Below, one piece after another: positions 27,881-32,000 of a DNA stretch of 32,000 nucleotides (positions are counted from its first letter, which is position 1; each line of letters opens with the position of its first letter). A program made the position numbers and the translations under genes. Below the pieces are notes generated by a model. That model ran no database searches. It had not been told where the DNA came from and worked only from the letters and a program-made list of their open reading frames with translations. The DNA comes from an archaeon (GTDB taxonomy: Archaea > Asgardarchaeota > Thorarchaeia > Thorarchaeales > Thorarchaeaceae): NCBI GenBank assembly GCA_024275415.1, contig JAJRZD010000035.1:30001-62000 (forward strand), in the 5' to 3' direction.

Positions 27881-29557
27881 ATGCTGCTGATGAATCTATT
27901 CTCTATCTTGGTGGACGGAAAAGAGATTGATACTGGGAACTATGTGACCTTTCCTGATATGAATCGTGTAATAGAAGACCCTGGGTTAGCCATTGCACTA
28001 CAGATGCGGAGCATACCCTTTTTTCAAAGACTGATGATTTCTCGGGCCACACGTTTGATTCCGGAGAAATCTCCTGAACTTCGATATCTGAAAGACTTTG
28101 TGAAGGCGCATGGCGTTCCCAATTACTCGAAAGACGAGATTGATGAGGTTGCCTTTGCTCAGGTCGCTATCGCACGTGAATCGGACATCAATGAGGCGCT
28201 TGACGCAGGGGTTCGTGACCATGGTCATCTTTTCAATCCTTTCATGGTCGAGGGAATGGGAGTCACCCTTGACGAGCGTGTCGAGGCGTTATATCAGGCT
28301 GGGCTTGCAGTGAAGGATCATTTCAAAGAGGTTCGCGACATATCTGTTAAGGAGGGAGTGCCCATTGGCACATTCAACTGGACTTGGGAGATGTTCACTG
28401 AGTACTTGGAGAAAGAAACCTTTGAGCTATGGGGCAAAAGCCTCGATATTGTAGAAGCACCTGGCCGGGACGGAGGTAAGAACTTCAGATTTCGTGAACC
28501 TTATGGAGTGGCCTGTCTGTTCACACCGTATAATTCTCCACTGGCTTTGGGAATTCTCAGCATCACATCATCGATTCTGGCAGGTAATGCTACTATTCTG
28601 AAGCCTCCAGCAAAAGTGCCCCTCAGCACGATTATACTCGGTAAGATATTCATGGAGCGATTCTTGGACATGGGGCTTCCTTCAGCCATGATCCAAGTCA
28701 TCACAGGCAGTGGGAAGAGGCTGATGAACCGATTCATGAGCGATTCTCGAGTTGGAACCATCGTGTGGTATGGAGATAGTGACAGAGGGCTTCAGTTGTG
28801 GTCAGATGCAGTCGCTCGCAGAATACAGATGGCCCCCGAACTTGCTGGAAGTGATGCAAGTCTTGTCTGGGGTAAGGATGTGGACTTGAGTTTTGCAGCA
28901 AAGATGATTGTGAAAGGACGATATTTGGGAAGTGGACAGGCGTGCATGGCTGTGAAACGACTACTTGTCCAAGATACGCTGTATAAGGATCTCCTTCACT
29001 TGGTGATTGAAGAAGCGGAAACTCTTAAGGTAGGTCTCCCTTCAAACCCCGATGTCACACTCCCACCAGTAGGGCTGACTGCATTGTACCTCCTCATAGA
29101 TCAGATGAAAGACGCTCAGGCGAAAGGAGCTATGGTCGAAACAGGTGGTTATCGGATGAATTATCTTGGAGAAGAAGACCCTGCTGGATTGTTCTACAAA
29201 CCTACAATCTTGACGAATGTCACACTTGATATGCGAGTCATGAAGGAAGAGGTCTTCGCACCAGCACTGCCAGTCATGAGCGTGTCCAGTGTCGAGCAAG
29301 CCATATCGATTGCAAATGCCACTCGGTTCGGTCTGCGTTCATCAATCTTTACAGACGACTCCAATGTCAGGATGGCGTGGGTAAAGGGAATACAAGCTGC
29401 TGGAGTAAACGTTGGGCAGGATCATCTCTATTTCGATCCACATATGCCTCATCTTGGAGGCTATAAGGACTCGGGGATAATTGGTGGCAAGTACTTTCCT
29501 GAGATGCTTACTCGGATGAAGTATGTACATACGGGCCCCGGAATTCAACTTGAATGA
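27881..29557 (+). CDS. Aldehyde dehydrogenase family protein (atypical)
   Basis: Motifs REPYGV...TPYNSP, KPPAKVP, ELAGSD (catalytic Glu), SGQACMA (catalytic Cys), EEVFAP and ANATRFGL. Alternative start at ATG 27890. Confidence 0.9.
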   Translation: MLLMNLFSILVDGKEIDTGNYVTFPDMNRVIEDPGLAIALQMRSIPFFQRLMISRATRLIPEKSPELRYLKDFVKAHGVPNYSKDEIDEVAFAQVAIARESDINEALDAGVRDHGHLFNPFMVEGMGVTLDERVEALYQAGLAVKDHFKEVRDISVKEGVPIGTFNWTWEMFTEYLEKETFELWGKSLDIVEAPGRDGGKNFRFREPYGVACLFTPYNSPLALGILSITSSILAGNATILKPPAKVPLSTIILGKIFMERFLDMGLPSAMIQVITGSGKRLMNRFMSDSRVGTIVWYGDSDRGLQLWSDAVARRIQMAPELAGSDASLVWGKDVDLSFAAKMIVKGRYLGSGQACMAVKRLLVQDTLYKDLLHLVIEEAETLKVGLPSNPDVTLPPVGLTALYLLIDQMKDAQAKGAMVETGGYRMNYLGEEDPAGLFYKPTILTNVTLDMRVMKEEVFAPALPVMSVSSVEQAISIANATRFGLRSSIFTDDSNVRMAWVKGIQAAGVNVGQDHLYFDPHMPHLGGYKDSGIIGGKYFPEMLTRMKYVHTGPGIQLE

Positions 29558-30913
29558 ATGGCGAATATGATGAATCCCGATAAAAGTGGTAATAATGGAC
29601 CTTGCGATGCAGTACGAAATACTGCTGTTTCTGTTTTGTCCATTTACGATCAGAAGCGGAGGTCAATCCCATCAATTCTCAGAGATTACAGAGAGGAGTC
29701 CGGACTTTCTCAGACAAATTACGCACAGGTCTATTTTCTTACAGCTTCCATTGTAAAACACCTGAACACAATTGATTATGTGTTACATCGTTCTTTCAAG
29801 GAAATCAATCCACGAAACCTATCACCACGAATACGTAATCTGCTTAGGATTCTCACCTATCAAGCCCATTGGATAAAGGTATCATCTAAGAACCTCATCA
29901 AGACCATTCCGGACGAGTTGAGTGGTTTTCTTCCATCGATACGAAAGATGTTCTCTCTCAACTTGGAGCGGATTTACGAGAAACTGCCAAAGATGACCCG
30001 ATTGAGTCTTCAATATTCACATCCGACTTTCATAGTAGAAACACTGCTCTCCAATATGAGCGAGGCTGAAGCCATCTCACTGATGCGAGCAAACAATGGT
30101 GCTAGCACTTCTTATTTCCGTGTGAACAATCTCGTTTCTACACCTCCGAATGTGTTAGAGGAGTTAGGTATTCTTGGTGTCGAGATGAAAGAAGATGCTG
30201 ACGTACACGGCCTCTATCGGATAGAATCAGGGCTTCACACTCTAGTCCAATCCGCGGCATTCAAGGAGGGGGCTGTACTGATTCAGGACAAGGCAAGTGT
30301 CCTTGCTGTCAAAGCTCTCTCTCCTCAACCTTCTGAGTTCGTTTGGGATGCATGTGCAGCTCCGGGTATGAAGACACATCTCATTTGGGAATCCATGAAA
30401 GGTACCGGAAGACTTGTGGCCACCGACCTGAGTCCCAAGCGTATCTCACTGGCACGCGAAAGAGCTGGCTCCATTGGACTGGATGAAGTGGAATGGATTC
30501 ACGAGGACGCCTGCTTGTGCCCGATACAGGACGCGGACAAAATTCTCATCGACGCACCATGCACATCCACAGGAATTCTGAGAAGTCATCCTTCTTACAA
30601 ATGGAAACTGAACAAGAAGACATTGTTCTCAATAATGGCGATACAGAACAAACTATTGGAGGGCATCATCTCTGGCTATCGTGAGAATCCGGGCACTGAG
30701 ATTGTGTATTCTGTATGCTCGATTCTTCCTCACGAAGGGGAGAGTCAGATAGATACTATTCTAGACACATACAATGTCGAATTGATAGACTTTCCTGGGC
30801 CTGGGACTACTGGATATCCTGGCTTCACATGTTCTGCCGGAGTTCGAAGGCTCTTTCCATCAACCCATGACACTGATGGGTTCTTCATCGCAAAACTCCG
30901 AATTACGCGGTGA
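29558..30913 (+). CDS. rsmB: RsmB/NOP2/Sun-family RNA m5C methyltransferase with a NusB-like N-terminus
   Basis: Motifs IQDKAS, DACAAPGMKT, DAPCTSTG, YSVCSI and TDGFFIA. Confidence 0.88.
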   Translation: MANMMNPDKSGNNGPCDAVRNTAVSVLSIYDQKRRSIPSILRDYREESGLSQTNYAQVYFLTASIVKHLNTIDYVLHRSFKEINPRNLSPRIRNLLRILTYQAHWIKVSSKNLIKTIPDELSGFLPSIRKMFSLNLERIYEKLPKMTRLSLQYSHPTFIVETLLSNMSEAEAISLMRANNGASTSYFRVNNLVSTPPNVLEELGILGVEMKEDADVHGLYRIESGLHTLVQSAAFKEGAVLIQDKASVLAVKALSPQPSEFVWDACAAPGMKTHLIWESMKGTGRLVATDLSPKRISLARERAGSIGLDEVEWIHEDACLCPIQDADKILIDAPCTSTGILRSHPSYKWKLNKKTLFSIMAIQNKLLEGIISGYRENPGTEIVYSVCSILPHEGESQIDTILDTYNVELIDFPGPGTTGYPGFTCSAGVRRLFPSTHDTDGFFIAKLRITR

Positions 30914-31901
30914 TCCTTCTCTCAACGGAATCCATGACACGTCGTGCAAACTCCTCATCGTCCTTGTAACTCCATGGGATACTTAGGAACAGTTTCTGCG
31001 CAGTCACTATCAAATCCTTATCCCTTTTAACAAGCGCCTTGAAGACAAGCCTGGTCCATTTGAAACAAGGATGTCCTTGAAAATCATCTTTGACATCAGG
31101 GTTCTCTGCAGTCCGTGCTAGGTATTCCATCCCGTCCTTGGGCTTTCCAAGCATCAAATCTGATAACGACGCCATACATGCGAAAATGACACCTTGCTTC
31201 GTCATCCCTGATGAGAGGAATTTCTCTGCCCCCTCTCGATACTCTCTCCCTTTCTTCTCGTAAAGCATCTTTCCATGCGAAAAGCTAAGATCCTTAGTAT
31301 CACTCTCTACCTGTGCTTTCTTTAGGCTGATCCCTCCTAGAATTGATGCCTTTAGCTCTGCCTGCACCGCTGACAGGGGTGACACTTCTATAGGTTTCTC
31401 TGCTGCTTCTACTATCCTCTCACCTAACGCGACTAGATGTTTCTTGATATCTGGGTTTCGAAGTGAAGGTTCCTCGTCAGAAATACCCGTTTCATAAATG
31501 GTTCTTCCATAGGTGAAAAATGAATATGCTCTGTCTACAAGATTATGCTTCAATGCGAACTCCACTCCCATCGAAATGCTGTTCAATGCATTATCGAGTT
31601 CGCTCAGATTCTCGAACTGGCTTGCTGCGTCCATTAGCCATGGGAACGCATCAGTACTCCCTTCTGCCATACTCTCTCTACCCCGCGCTAGAGATGTATA
31701 TGCGTCCACGCAGATGACCGCAAGATCTGGTTGAAGACATTTTTGCGTCACTTCTGGGATAGGTGGGTTTTGCCCCCGGAGTCTGCAATGGTAGCCAGTC
31801 CCAGTCTGGTCAAGCCAGTCACATTTCGTTTCTTCCATGCTTTCCAACTCGCACAAACTTGGTAATATCTGTTGGTCTGATAGTGTGTTGTTTTCGAGCA
31901 T
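30903..31901 (-). CDS. Hypothetical protein with an N-terminal Cys cluster and TPR/SNAP-like helical repeats
   Basis: 332 aa ORF with a CTTAAAAC TATA-like box about 25-30 nt upstream. Alternative start at ATG 31838. Confidence 0.75.
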   Translation of the reverse strand: MLENNTLSDQQILPSLCELESMEETKCDWLDQTGTGYHCRLRGQNPPIPEVTQKCLQPDLAVICVDAYTSLARGRESMAEGSTDAFPWLMDAASQFENLSELDNALNSISMGVEFALKHNLVDRAYSFFTYGRTIYETGISDEEPSLRNPDIKKHLVALGERIVEAAEKPIEVSPLSAVQAELKASILGGISLKKAQVESDTKDLSFSHGKMLYEKKGREYREGAEKFLSSGMTKQGVIFACMASLSDLMLGKPKDGMEYLARTAENPDVKDDFQGHPCFKWTRLVFKALVKRDKDLIVTAQKLFLSIPWSYKDDEEFARRVMDSVERRITA

Positions 31902-31955
31902 TAAAAAGGACTTCTTGTCCCATCGTGAGTTTTAAGTAGATAGTATATTGGTCAA

Positions 31956-32000
31956 ATGATGGAGGGATTGCCAATTGAACGACGACGATTCCGAACTCGA
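31956..32000 (+). CDS. Possible start of a downstream gene, truncated by the window edge (MMEGLPIERRRFRTR...)
   Basis: ATG ATG lies about 20-25 nt after a TTTAAGTA TATA-like box, and the frame is open to the end of the window. Confidence 0.45.
   Translation, partial: MMEGLPIERRRFRTR

Noticed and set aside
179-31734. Numerous short antisense or alternate-frame ORFs in the track (for example 179..562, 7838..8242, 17941..18477, 22067..22726, 26500..26973)
   Set aside because: They are fully nested in well-supported genes, show no motifs, and are consistent with shadow ORFs.
1-32000. Search for CRISPR arrays, tRNA, rRNA, IS elements, integrases and defence genes
   Set aside because: No spaced direct repeats, cloverleaf sequences, terminal inverted repeats or transposase/nuclease motifs were recognised by eye.

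Overview
This is a gene-dense archaeal chromosomal window. Archaeal markers include TATA-type promoters, GGAGG/GGTGA ribosome-binding sites, a CdrS-like RHH protein and a thiolase-DUF35 pair. The gene style suggests an Asgard archaeon, probably Thorarchaeia; this is inference and is not proven from the sequence. About 20 kb (7-29.5 kb) is a metabolic region. It holds beta-oxidation genes (SCP2, 3-hydroxyacyl-CoA dehydrogenase, two enoyl-CoA hydratases, thiolase plus DUF35), a GH38 alpha-mannosidase and an MBL hydrolase. It also holds a tightly coupled run of FGGY kinase, glpABC, an alkyl-DHAP-synthase-like FAD enzyme, a second Fe-S/CCG subunit, an MSMEG_0568-like radical SAM protein, a GNAT and an atypical aldehyde dehydrogenase. 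Together these suggest a glycerol-ether or glycolipid scavenging system (inference). Two otherwise intact genes (DUF362 and 3-hydroxyacyl-CoA dehydrogenase) each carry one in-frame TAA. Unexplained elements include a tandem pair of paralogues with a 7-Cys domain, two small RHH proteins with swapped domain order and a shared WPFxPxxK motif, and a structured leader or uORF upstream of cdrS. Also unexplained are an acidic polyproline protein ending in RRLFFGG, a LIM-like zinc-finger membrane protein and a SNAP-like helical-repeat protein. No rRNA, tRNA, CRISPR array or mobile element was recognised. All family assignments come from motif recognition by eye; no database searches were run.
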